DNA of 64,000 nt, taken from assembly GCA_903878805.1 (NCBI GenBank), contig CAIRJF010000018.1:19276-83275 (forward strand). The letters are read 5' to 3'. The number at the start of each line of letters is the position of its first letter. The stretch's first letter is position 1. The DNA is from an uncultured Verrucomicrobia subdivision 3 bacterium (GTDB lineage: Bacteria > Verrucomicrobiota > Verrucomicrobiia > Limisphaerales > UBA11358). Below the pieces are notes generated by a model. That model was not told the DNA's origin. It saw nothing but the letters and a program-made list of their open reading frames with translations, and ran no database searches. A program made the translations under genes and the position numbers. Shown in pieces: positions 28,348-37,130 of the stretch.

Positions 28348-28836
28348 ATGGAAACCCAAGACACGCTGGTCATCATCAAACCGGATTCGTTCTGGCGGAA
28401 GCTGGATCAACAGGTTGAGGAGCGCCTGATGTCGCTCGGGTTGAAAGTGGTTGCCTCGCGCCTGCTGGCCGGCTCCGAAAATCTGCCGGAAGAAAAATGG
28501 CGTGAGTTTTATTTTCCCGTCATCGGCAGCCGCCCGCCCTGTCTGGAAGGAACGTCAAAATATATGGCTTACGGCCCAGTGAAAATGATTCACTTTCGAG
28601 GCGTTGACGCCATTCAAAAAATCCGCCAACTCGTTGGAGCGACCCGCCCGTGGCAGGCGGCGGCGGGAACGATTCGCGGGGATTTCTGGCCGGGCGCGAC
28701 GGAGGCGAACGCCGCGTATCGGCTGAAATTTCAGCAGCCGGGCGACGACCAGTTTCTATTTAACATGATTCACGCCTCGGACTCGCCGGCAAGTTTTGCG
28801 CGCGAAATTGAATTTTTCACACCGCTGCAATCGTGA
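28348..28836 (+). CDS. nucleoside-diphosphate-kinase-like protein (divergent, with insertion)
   Basis: LVIIKPDS..., GPVKMIHFRGVDAI..IRQLVGATRP..AAAGTIRGDF and NMIHASDS parallel the NDK motifs (IIKPD, GPVV, GATNP, GTIRGD, N.IHGSDS). An extra ~20 aa precedes the His motif. Confidence 0.7.
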   Translation: METQDTLVIIKPDSFWRKLDQQVEERLMSLGLKVVASRLLAGSENLPEEKWREFYFPVIGSRPPCLEGTSKYMAYGPVKMIHFRGVDAIQKIRQLVGATRPWQAAAGTIRGDFWPGATEANAAYRLKFQQPGDDQFLFNMIHASDSPASFAREIEFFTPLQS

Positions 28837-28893
28837 CTGCCAACGGATTTTGCGGTTACAAACGGCAAAAATTGGGTGGCAAGAATCGCGCCG

Positions 28894-30648
28894 ATGAATG
28901 AATATATTCCCATGGCCGACGAGCAAGACAATACAATCGCCTTGGTTTCCGTGGGGAAAATCCAGAAGGAATGGTATGACCTGACGTTGCGCGTGGCGGA
29001 GGCCGAGACGGCGCGCATCGCATTGGAACAGGAAAACAAGGCGTTGCGCACGTTGCTGGAGCGCGTCATCGAGCATCGCCAGAAATCCCACGGCGAACTC
29101 GTCAACCTGCTCACCACGCTGGTCAGCAAGCTCCCGCTGAATGATGTCGGCGTCATCGTCGCGCGGCTGGTCGAGCACAACGCGCACGTCACACAAGTCA
29201 GCGCCAGCCTGGTCAAAGGCAAGTTCGACGACAACGTGTTGCAACCCACGCTGCTCAAGTCGCTCGACAAAACCAAGCGCGATCTGGCGGAGGCGTTCAA
29301 GCCGGAAGTGGAACAGCTCATCAAGCTGGACACGCCGTTCGAGGCGGGCGTGCTGCCGTTGCTGCTGGAAAAGCCGGACATTTTTTTCTCGCCGCCGTTT
29401 GTGCGCGCCAACCGCGCGTTTGTCAAAGGCCAGATTCCGCGCGAACGTGTGCTCAAGGAATTTGGCGCGGACGCGCTGATTTTTTTCAAGGACGTGACGA
29501 CGGATGTGAAATTCAATCCGCGCCCGAAGCCGGAGGAAATCATGCTGGTGTTCAAGCCGGACTTCGCCGAATTGCTCCAGCAACATCCCAACGTCTGCGC
29601 CGACCACCGGAAAGAACTTCAGTCCTTGCACGACAAAATCCGCCAGAGTCGTGAGAACACCGAGCATTCGCGCGCGCAAAAATGCGCGTTCCTGCGACTC
29701 TCCTTCTTTCTCGAACTGCTGCACTACTACGAAAACCAGAGCACGGAATCGCCGGACGTGGTTTTCGCGCAGCGCCTGCCGCCGCTGATCGAACAGCTTG
29801 TGGTCACCGGCGAACGCGATTCGCTCGACGTAAAATTATTGGAGTCCGCCGAAGCACTGCTCGCGTTGATCATCAGCGCCGATCATCGCAAGGCGGTCAT
29901 CAACAACATCGGCAAGGCCGGCGGCCTGCCGCGCACGTTGCGCTATACGCTGGCGTTCCGCGCGGAAAAATTTACCGATGTGGACCCGCTGACCGTCGAG
30001 TGCGTCAAGCATTTGATTCCGCAAGGCAGCACACCCGCGCCCACCGCGCTTGCCGCCGCAGTGCGATTGTTCAATCCCGAAATGCAGCAGGTCGTCATCC
30101 GCGCCATCGCCGTCACCGACCGCTTGCGCAAGGAAGATGCGGCCAAACTCGCCAAGGCCGTCGCGCAGGAAATCGGTCTCAAGGAAGTATTTGAGCGTTT
30201 GAATGAACAATCCATGCTTTCGCCCGAACGCGAACGCCAGCTCGCGTGGGACCACATCAAAGACCTCATCGGCACGCGCACCACGCCCAACGAAGTCATC
30301 GCCACCATCCGCAAACGGCTGCACGGACGTTACGATGCCGACGAGGTAAAGGCCTGCTGGCTCGTCCTGACCGAAGCCGACCCGATGGTTTTTGTGCGCG
30401 TGTTCTGTTTGTTTCCTTATATGCCCGATGGCCAAGCCGATCCGTTGGCCCGCCCAATTCTGGAAACTTTTGTCACGCGCCTGACCCATGAAAAATACGC
30501 CGCCGTCTATACCAAGACTGTGCACGCGCTGCGCAATCTTTTTAAAGTCAAAGCTGACAGCCCTGCGCTCGTGAACTTCCTCGCCTTGGTAAAATGGGTG
30601 GACACTGCCGCCGCCGAAAAAATTTCCAAGGATGTTGGACTGACGTAA
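28894..30648 (+). CDS. conserved-looking hypothetical protein with an N-terminal coiled coil
   Basis: Long ORF with normal local composition and a heptad-like N-terminus (EWYDLTLRVAEAETARIALEQENKALRTLLERV). No family recognised. ATG 28894 (GTG 28876 and ATG 28912 are alternatives). Confidence 0.6.
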   Translation: MNEYIPMADEQDNTIALVSVGKIQKEWYDLTLRVAEAETARIALEQENKALRTLLERVIEHRQKSHGELVNLLTTLVSKLPLNDVGVIVARLVEHNAHVTQVSASLVKGKFDDNVLQPTLLKSLDKTKRDLAEAFKPEVEQLIKLDTPFEAGVLPLLLEKPDIFFSPPFVRANRAFVKGQIPRERVLKEFGADALIFFKDVTTDVKFNPRPKPEEIMLVFKPDFAELLQQHPNVCADHRKELQSLHDKIRQSRENTEHSRAQKCAFLRLSFFLELLHYYENQSTESPDVVFAQRLPPLIEQLVVTGERDSLDVKLLESAEALLALIISADHRKAVINNIGKAGGLPRTLRYTLAFRAEKFTDVDPLTVECVKHLIPQGSTPAPTALAAAVRLFNPEMQQVVIRAIAVTDRLRKEDAAKLAKAVAQEIGLKEVFERLNEQSMLSPERERQLAWDHIKDLIGTRTTPNEVIATIRKRLHGRYDADEVKACWLVLTEADPMVFVRVFCLFPYMPDGQADPLARPILETFVTRLTHEKYAAVYTKTVHALRNLFKVKADSPALVNFLALVKWVDTAAAEKISKDVGLT

Positions 30649-30650
30649 GG

Positions 30651-31154
30651 TCAGCGAAGAAAATCCCTTTCCAACCGCTTCATCAGGTCGTTCACCGCCA
30701 GCATCAATTCGCCGTGCCGCTCGGCATTACCCGCATCGGACAAGTCAATCGGCGCGCTCATCGCCGCCGCGTAACGATGCGTCAGCGCCATTTTCTCATC
30801 ACGCTGGCCAAGCGAGCGCAACAGCCCGCGCACTTTTTCCGCCTGAACTTTGGCCGCAGAAATTGTTTTCAACGCCGCGCCCGCCGTCATCGCGTTTGCT
30901 TCAACGCGCTTCAACAATCCGCATTCAAACGTGCGGCAACGCCTTGGCCGGTCGTGGTAAATGCCGCAGAGTTTTCCATCATAACACGCGCACGGCTGTG
31001 CGAACGCCAGCTTCCCCTGCCCTTTCTTTTCTAGTGTCAGGCCCAGTTTTTTTAAGCGCCTCGCGTCATCGCCTGCTCGCAATTCCACATCGGCGAATAA
31101 CGTGCTGTCGCAGCATAAGCCGCAGTTCGGACATAGTTGCTCAATGCCGTTCAT
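30651..31154 (-). CDS. YkgJ-family cysteine-cluster (zinc/iron-chelating) protein
   Basis: CPNCGLCC ... CACYDGKLCGIYHDRPRRCRTFEC pattern. 4-nt overlap with the hrpB stop. Confidence 0.75.
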   Translation of the reverse strand: MNGIEQLCPNCGLCCDSTLFADVELRAGDDARRLKKLGLTLEKKGQGKLAFAQPCACYDGKLCGIYHDRPRRCRTFECGLLKRVEANAMTAGAALKTISAAKVQAEKVRGLLRSLGQRDEKMALTHRYAAAMSAPIDLSDAGNAERHGELMLAVNDLMKRLERDFLR

Positions 31155-33697
31155 CGCCAGAAATGTTTCGGATATTTCCGCGCCAGGTCGGATTTGATTT
31201 TGGGATAATGCTCGCGCCAGAAGCTGGCCAAGTCCTGTGTCACCTGGATCGGTTTCATGCCCGGCGTCAAAATATGCACCGTCACCGGCACGCGACCGAG
31301 CGCGATTTTCGGCGTCTGATTCAAGTCGTAAAGCTCCTGAATGCGTAGCGAGATGAACGGCGACTTACCGGTTTCATAATTCACCTTGGGCGTGCGCCCG
31401 TTCGCCAGCGTCAATCTTTCCGGCGCATGCTTGTCTAGCAACTCGCGCTGCGCGTGCGAAAGCCACGACATCACGATGGGTTTTACTTCGCGTTCCTTGA
31501 TGTCTTTGTAACTCACTGCGCCGTGACAAAGTTCTTCGATGATGGATTTTTTGTCGTTGTCCGTAATCGCGGGTAATTGTAAATCGGCACATTCCTTGCA
31601 CAACAAATTCAGCCGCCCCAGCCATTGCTCGACGTGATGATCCCAGTTCGGCAGCAATAATCGGCCAGCCAAAATTTCATCCGCAAGCAGACGCGCCGCA
31701 GCATCGGCTGGCGGCGGGTCAATGCGTTTAGCGGCCAGCGCCAAATCGCGAAACCTCAATAGTTCTGCGGCTAAAACACGTTTTTGCTGCGCGTCAAATT
31801 GGACGTGTAAATCAGATTTGATGTCGTCGGGAAACAGTTCGCGCAACCACTCGACTTCAATCGCGGTGCCGAGCGAGAGGATTGTGTTCACCTCGCCGCT
31901 GCGTCCCTCGATCTCGCGGATCTCGGATGCCACGAAGAGCGGACTGTCCTGCACAATGCTCTCGCGCGCCAGCACGCCGCGCCGTCCATGAACCAATTCA
32001 CAGCGCAAAGTGCCCTGATCCATCCGTCGCGCCACGCGATCGCTGAAACCGATGAGAATGCACTTCTGCAAATTTTCGTCCTTAACCTCGTTGGGTTTTG
32101 TATCGAGCCCTTCAGATTTTGCGATGCGAAGAAATTGATCGAACAACGGCCCGACCTGTTTCGCGGTGACGGCGTGAATGCCCAGTTTGCGACACGCGTC
32201 CAAGCGAAACTGATTGTTGAAAGCAAAACTCCACGCGCGCATCAGAATCCAAAAATCCGAACTCGCCTTTTCGCCCAGCAAATCTTCGCGCGCAGTTTCA
32301 ACTTCCTTACCACAGTTGCGCAACAGTAAATCACGACCCTGCGTCAGTGCCGCAACGAGACACGCCTGATACACGCAGCCGTATTCCTGCGCTGCAAGCA
32401 GCATGCGCGCGTAACGCGGATGTAGCGGAAACGCCAGCATTTTCCGGCCAATTGGCGTGATGGATTTATTTTTATCGAGCGCGCCCAAGTCCGCCAATAA
32501 CTCTTCCGCGTGCGTCAACGACACTTCATCCGGTTTTTCCAGCCAGCGAAATTTTCGCAAGTCGTCCACGCCCGACGCTTTCAACGTCAGCACGACCTCT
32601 GACAAATCGAGCCGCTTGATTTCCGTCAATTCCTGCACCGCGCGGTGCGCGTGTTCGTCGCGCGACCACAATCTCATGCACACGCCCGGCGCGGTTCGCC
32701 CGGCGCGCCCCGCGCGCTGGTCGGCGGACGACTGGGAAATCTTATCAATCAGCAGCGTGTTGATGCCTCGGTTCGCGTCGTAGCGTGCGACGCGCGCGAG
32801 ACCGGAATCAATCACCAAGCGCACGCCGTCAATCGTGAGCGAAGTTTCGGCGACGTTCGTGGCGACGACCACTTTGCGCTTGTCGTAACGCGCCACGGCG
32901 GCGTCCTGATCGCGCGGCGGCAATTCTCCGTGCAGCGGCAACAAAATAAATCCCTTGGCCTCGCTCGTGTGGCGAATGGCTTCGATGGTCTGTGCGATTT
33001 CAAAACCACCCGGCATGAAAACGAGCACGTCGCCCTCACCGCCGCGATGCACATATTGACTGAACGCGTCCGCCGCCTGTTCCCACACCAGCCGCTTGTC
33101 GGTGTATGAAGGCAGTTCCAAATATTCCATTTCGACCGGAAACATCCGGCCTTCGGATGAAAGTTTCGCGCACGGCAAAAGATATTTTTCCAGCTCGCCT
33201 GCATTCAGCGTCGCGGACATGACGGCGAGCATGAGGTCGGGGCGAAATTTCTCCTGCTGTTCGAGCGCCTGCGCGAGCGTGATGTCGCCGTAAAGATGCC
33301 GCTCGTGAAATTCGTCGAACAAAATTGCCGAGACGCCGCGCAGTTGCGGGTCGTCAATCATTTGGCGCAGCAAAACGCCCTCCGTGACAAACCGGATTTT
33401 CGTTTTCGCGGACGTGACATTTTCAAAACGGATTTGATAGCCGACTTCGTCGCCCAATTTCACGCCGAGTTCGTGCGCGACGCGCGCGGCCAGCAAACGC
33501 GCAGCGAGTCGGCGCGGTTGCAGCACGACGACCTGTCCATCACCAAGCAACCCGTGCTTGAGCAACATCTGCGGAACTTGTGTGGATTTGCCGGAGCCAG
33601 TGGGTGCTGACAAAATGAGGCGCTTGTCGCGTTGCAGGCGCGCGATTATGTCGCTTTCGATTTCGTAAATGGGCAAACGGTCGGCCATGAAATTCAA
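31151..33697 (-). CDS. hrpB: ATP-dependent RNA helicase HrpB (DEAH-box)
   Basis: GSGKST, DEFHER, SATL, TNVAETSLTIDGV and QRAGRAGR motifs plus a long HrpB-type C-terminal domain; 848 aa. Confidence 0.9.
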   Translation of the reverse strand: MNFMADRLPIYEIESDIIARLQRDKRLILSAPTGSGKSTQVPQMLLKHGLLGDGQVVVLQPRRLAARLLAARVAHELGVKLGDEVGYQIRFENVTSAKTKIRFVTEGVLLRQMIDDPQLRGVSAILFDEFHERHLYGDITLAQALEQQEKFRPDLMLAVMSATLNAGELEKYLLPCAKLSSEGRMFPVEMEYLELPSYTDKRLVWEQAADAFSQYVHRGGEGDVLVFMPGGFEIAQTIEAIRHTSEAKGFILLPLHGELPPRDQDAAVARYDKRKVVVATNVAETSLTIDGVRLVIDSGLARVARYDANRGINTLLIDKISQSSADQRAGRAGRTAPGVCMRLWSRDEHAHRAVQELTEIKRLDLSEVVLTLKASGVDDLRKFRWLEKPDEVSLTHAEELLADLGALDKNKSITPIGRKMLAFPLHPRYARMLLAAQEYGCVYQACLVAALTQGRDLLLRNCGKEVETAREDLLGEKASSDFWILMRAWSFAFNNQFRLDACRKLGIHAVTAKQVGPLFDQFLRIAKSEGLDTKPNEVKDENLQKCILIGFSDRVARRMDQGTLRCELVHGRRGVLARESIVQDSPLFVASEIREIEGRSGEVNTILSLGTAIEVEWLRELFPDDIKSDLHVQFDAQQKRVLAAELLRFRDLALAAKRIDPPPADAAARLLADEILAGRLLLPNWDHHVEQWLGRLNLLCKECADLQLPAITDNDKKSIIEELCHGAVSYKDIKEREVKPIVMSWLSHAQRELLDKHAPERLTLANGRTPKVNYETGKSPFISLRIQELYDLNQTPKIALGRVPVTVHILTPGMKPIQVTQDLASFWREHYPKIKSDLARKYPKHFWR

Positions 33698-33745
33698 AGA
33701 GTAATCAAACCAACGACCGGACAGAAATTTTTCCGAAGAATTTAT

Positions 33746-34633
33746 TTAGCTCACTGCCAACTCCGCCGCGCGAACGGTATTTTGCAACAGCATTGCGATG
33801 GTCATCGGCCCGACACCACCTGGATTCGGCGTGATTTTACCGGCGATGGGCTGCACGTTCGTAAAATCCACGTCGCCGACAAGTTTGGTGCCGGTCTTGG
33901 AACTTGCGTCAGGAATACGATTCACGCCCACGTCCATGATGACCGCACCGGGCTTGACCATGTCGGCCTTCACAAATTCCGCCACGCCAATCGCAGCGAT
34001 AATGATGTCCGCGCGGCGGCAATGTTCCTTGATGTTGCGCGTTGCCGAATGACAAATCGTCACGGTGGCGTTGGCGTTTTTGCCTTTTTGGCAAAGCATC
34101 GCGGCCATCGGTTTGCCGACAATGTTGCCGCGTCCGAGCACGACCACTTCCGCGCCATCCGTTTTCACGCCGGAACGCGCGAGCAATTCCATGACGCCCG
34201 CCGGCGTGCAAGGTTTGAAGCCGGTGTTGTCGCCGAGCATGAGTTTGCCGACGTTCACCGGATGAAAACCGTCCACGTCTTTCGTCGGCAGCACGGTGGA
34301 GAAAACTACGGACTCGCGAATCTGTTTCGGCAATGGCGCTTGCACCAAAATACCGTGCAGGTGAGATGCAAAATTTAATTTGCCGATGAGCGCGAGCAGT
34401 TCCGCCTCGGAAGTTTTTTCCGGCAGAACGTGTGTTTCAGAAACGATACCAAGTTCGGCACAGGCTTTTTCCTTGCGACCGACATAAACTTTAGAAGCCG
34501 GATCTTCGCCAACACGCACAAAGGCGAGGCCGGGCACCACGCCACGCGACTTCAAAACCGCCACGCGCGCGGCGAGTTCCTGCTGGATTTGCGCCGCAAT
34601 GGCGCGTCCATCAACGACGTTGGCCGCTTGCAC
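33746..34633 (-). CDS. folD: bifunctional methylenetetrahydrofolate dehydrogenase/cyclohydrolase
   Basis: VDGRAIA..., VGEDPASKVYV, VLGRGNIVGKP and PGGVGPMTIAMLL motifs. Confidence 0.93.
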   Translation of the reverse strand: MQAANVVDGRAIAAQIQQELAARVAVLKSRGVVPGLAFVRVGEDPASKVYVGRKEKACAELGIVSETHVLPEKTSEAELLALIGKLNFASHLHGILVQAPLPKQIRESVVFSTVLPTKDVDGFHPVNVGKLMLGDNTGFKPCTPAGVMELLARSGVKTDGAEVVVLGRGNIVGKPMAAMLCQKGKNANATVTICHSATRNIKEHCRRADIIIAAIGVAEFVKADMVKPGAVIMDVGVNRIPDASSKTGTKLVGDVDFTNVQPIAGKITPNPGGVGPMTIAMLLQNTVRAAELAVS

Positions 34634-35813
34634 GGGGGCTGTAAACGCGGTTGGAAACCGGCGGCAGATTGGTCTGGAGAACGTAGATTTTTTGGATGGT
34701 TAGCATCGGCGAGGCGTTCCAGCGTTCAGTCATGGACTCTTCGCCAGTGACAATTATTAAATGGCCATTGTAACGCGACAAATCAAGATTGGTTGAAGTG
34801 GTGTAAAGGTAGTTAATGACTTTGCCGCTGTCGAAGTCGTAAAGCTCGTAATAAGTCGGGGCAACCAAGCTGACCGACGGACGCACATAGCCTTCGTGCG
34901 AAACCACGCGCGTCGGCGGCGGATTGGTATCAACTGTTGTCGCGGTGGCATTGGTGTCCGCGACGCTGGTGCTGGTTACATTCGTTGCCGCAACTGATGA
35001 TGCACTGGCTGCGGTTTGATTGGTGTCAACCACGGGCGCAACGGGCGGCTCCGCGACAATCGTTGGCGCGACGGCAACGGTGTTTGTTGAAAGCGGCGGT
35101 GCTGGCACGACCGGCGTCTCGACAACCGGCGCAGGCGGAACGGATGCAGCCACGGCGGCGGCATTCGGGATTGGCTCCTGCTTCAAATAAATTGCTGCAA
35201 CAAACGCAAAAGCGTTCGTGGGCGTTTCGATTTGCGACCATTCGCCTTTGGCAGCCAGTTCGCTGACCGGCGTGCCTTTTTCAATTACGCCGAGCACGCT
35301 GTAATTCTCACCAGGCCCGGCGCGCAGGTTCAATTTTTTCACGGCCACCACTTTGTTGGTCACATCCAAAAACTTGGTGTTGACCCACACCTTGGTTTCG
35401 GACGGCAAGGAAATTTTCGCCCACTGCGCCGGTTCGTCGGCAGCGTGCTTGTCGAGATTGATTTGCGAAATCACGGTGACCGTGTCGCCAATCTTGAGAT
35501 GGGCGATAACCTCGCCCTTCAAACCGGCTTGGCCGCGCACGTTGAGGTTTTCAGAAACGACCGTGGCCGTTCCCGCTGCCAGCGCGACGGACGGCTCGTA
35601 AATCTTTTTGACCGCCTTTTTCTTCTTGTGCTTGACCGGCGCTTTTTTGACCGGCGCGACCGCGTTGGTGACCGCCAGCGTCGGAGCCGGAGCCGGAGCC
35701 GACGTCGCGACCGTGGCCGGCGCGGGAATTTCCGGCAGCGTGTTCGTGTTGATTTGCGCCACGGCAGTTGTGGCCATCATCGTTCCCAAAACCAGCCAGC
35801 AGTTCGTTTTCAT
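34611..35813 (-). CDS. secreted protein with two bacterial SH3 domains and a Thr/Ala/Pro/Val-rich linker
   Basis: Signal peptide and two SH3b-like units (NLNVRGQAGLKGEVI...WAKISLP...VWVNTKFL; KLNLRAGPGENYSVLG...WSQIE). Overlaps the folD start by 23 nt. Confidence 0.65.
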   Translation of the reverse strand: MKTNCWLVLGTMMATTAVAQINTNTLPEIPAPATVATSAPAPAPTLAVTNAVAPVKKAPVKHKKKKAVKKIYEPSVALAAGTATVVSENLNVRGQAGLKGEVIAHLKIGDTVTVISQINLDKHAADEPAQWAKISLPSETKVWVNTKFLDVTNKVVAVKKLNLRAGPGENYSVLGVIEKGTPVSELAAKGEWSQIETPTNAFAFVAAIYLKQEPIPNAAAVAASVPPAPVVETPVVPAPPLSTNTVAVAPTIVAEPPVAPVVDTNQTAASASSVAATNVTSTSVADTNATATTVDTNPPPTRVVSHEGYVRPSVSLVAPTYYELYDFDSGKVINYLYTTSTNLDLSRYNGHLIIVTGEESMTERWNASPMLTIQKIYVLQTNLPPVSNRVYSPRASGQRR

Positions 35814-36520
35814 AAATCAGTAATCAAAGTTTTTATTTCCACCGCGTTCAGCGTCCGCCATTTGCCCGGTTTCAGTTCACCGAGCCGGATTTTTCCGATT
35901 TGCGTCCGCTGCAATTTTTTCACCGTAATCGCCTGCGACTCAAACAGCCGCCGCACCTCACGATTTTTGCCTTCGCCCAACTCCAGCTCCACCACGCTTT
36001 TCGAGCGGGTGCCGGAAACAATCCGGGCCGCGAGCGCTTTCAATTTTTCGCCCTCGTGAAAAATGCCGCGCTTGAACAAGTCCAGCATCGCCGCCGTCAC
36101 TTCGCCCTCGACGCTCACCAGATACTTTTTGCGGACGCCGTAGCGCGGATGCGTGAGGCGCAGCGCAAATTGTCCATCATTGGTGAGAAAAATCAATCCT
36201 TCGCTGTTATAGTCCAGCCGACCGACCGACTGCACCGTCTCCCATTCGCGTGGCAGCAACTGATAAATGGACGGACGATCAAACTCATCCTTGCGCGAAC
36301 ACACGCAGCCCGGTGGCTTGTTAAGCGCGACGTAAATCAGATTTTTCGCGCGCACCGGTTTGCCGTCCACCGTGACATGGTCACGGTTTGGGTCAACCTT
36401 GGAACCGAGCAGGCGGACAATGTGGCCGTTGACCGCCACGCGGCCTTCCAAAATGATTTGCTCGCCCGCGCGGCGCGAAGCCACGCCGGCGTCAGCAAGA
36501 AATTTTTGCAAACGGACCAA
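35810..36520 (-). CDS. rluB: pseudouridine synthase, RsuA/RluB family
   Basis: S4 domain (RLQKFLADAGVASRR) plus a catalytic region with GRLDYNSEGL. Confidence 0.88.
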   Translation of the reverse strand: MVRLQKFLADAGVASRRAGEQIILEGRVAVNGHIVRLLGSKVDPNRDHVTVDGKPVRAKNLIYVALNKPPGCVCSRKDEFDRPSIYQLLPREWETVQSVGRLDYNSEGLIFLTNDGQFALRLTHPRYGVRKKYLVSVEGEVTAAMLDLFKRGIFHEGEKLKALAARIVSGTRSKSVVELELGEGKNREVRRLFESQAITVKKLQRTQIGKIRLGELKPGKWRTLNAVEIKTLITDL

Positions 36521-36589
36521 GATAAGTGACTGGTGGCGGACGGCAAGTTACGAGCCGCGCCGGTCGCGTCACTCGTCACCTATCACACG

Positions 36590-36745
36590 TCACGCCTCGG
36601 GTTTGGTTTTGCGCAGGCCGGTGATCTTGTCGCCGGCTTTGCGATGACCGCGCTTTTCGAGGAGCGCCGTGCGTTCAAAACGCTTGAGGACATTGCGCTT
36701 GCCGCCCAAGGTGGACGCCGCGCGGAGACTGGGATGCTGTGACAT
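36590..36745 (-). CDS. small basic protein (51 aa), PVC-type
   Basis: Hand-translated: MSQHPSLRAASTLGGKRNVLKRFERTALLEKRGHRKAGDKITGLRKTKPEA. ATG at 36743-36745, TGA at 36590-36592. Too short for the ORF track. Resembles the small basic protein family seen in Planctomycetes/Verrucomicrobia/Chlamydiae (from memory). Heads the rluB operon. Confidence 0.6.
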   Translation of the reverse strand: MSQHPSLRAASTLGGKRNVLKRFERTALLEKRGHRKAGDKITGLRKTKPEA

Positions 36746-36902
36746 AAATTATTTCTTCAATCAAATTGCCGGTAAAAATCGAGCGCAAATCATAGCCGAG
36801 TTTTGGCTAATTGCAAACGGTTAATTCAGCTTGAATTCGGCGCGGCGGCGGTCAAACGCACGGGGCTTGCATGGAACGGGAGAATTGATAAAGTTTCTGC
36901 CG

Positions 36903-37058
36903 ATGAAATTTACGCTGGCCATAGCCGCTTTTACGTTGTTCGCCTTCTTCATGGGTTGGGGCATCATTGAGTTGCTCAAAGGCAGTCCGTGGCTTTTGAT
37001 TGCGACGCTGGGCATATTCTTCGGCACGTTCGTCAAATACGGCTGCCAATCGCACTGA
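36903..37058 (+). CDS. hypothetical small membrane protein (51 aa, two TM segments)
   Basis: MKFTLAIAAFTLFAFFMGWGIIELLKGSPWLLIATLGIFFGTFVKYGCQSH, within ORF 36831-37058. Followed by a long stem-loop. Confidence 0.35.
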   Translation: MKFTLAIAAFTLFAFFMGWGIIELLKGSPWLLIATLGIFFGTFVKYGCQSH

Positions 37059-37062
37059 CTCA

Positions 37063-37117
37063 CCGGGAGTTGGGGTAAAGCAAATACTGATTTGCCTAAC
37101 GGCCAGCTCCCGGCTTT
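37063..37117. terminator. long stem-loop between convergent genes
   Basis: ccgggagttgg (37063-37073) pairs with ccagctcccgg (37103-37113). Inner stem gcaaat/atttgc. Only a weak T-run follows. Confidence 0.4.
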
Positions 37118-37130
37118 CATCTCCTAATTT

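Noticed and set aside
36533-36742. 69-aa plus-strand ORF
   Set aside because: The opposite strand encodes a 51-aa protein with a recognisable small-basic-protein pattern and a proper ATG and TGA. The plus-strand translation has no features.
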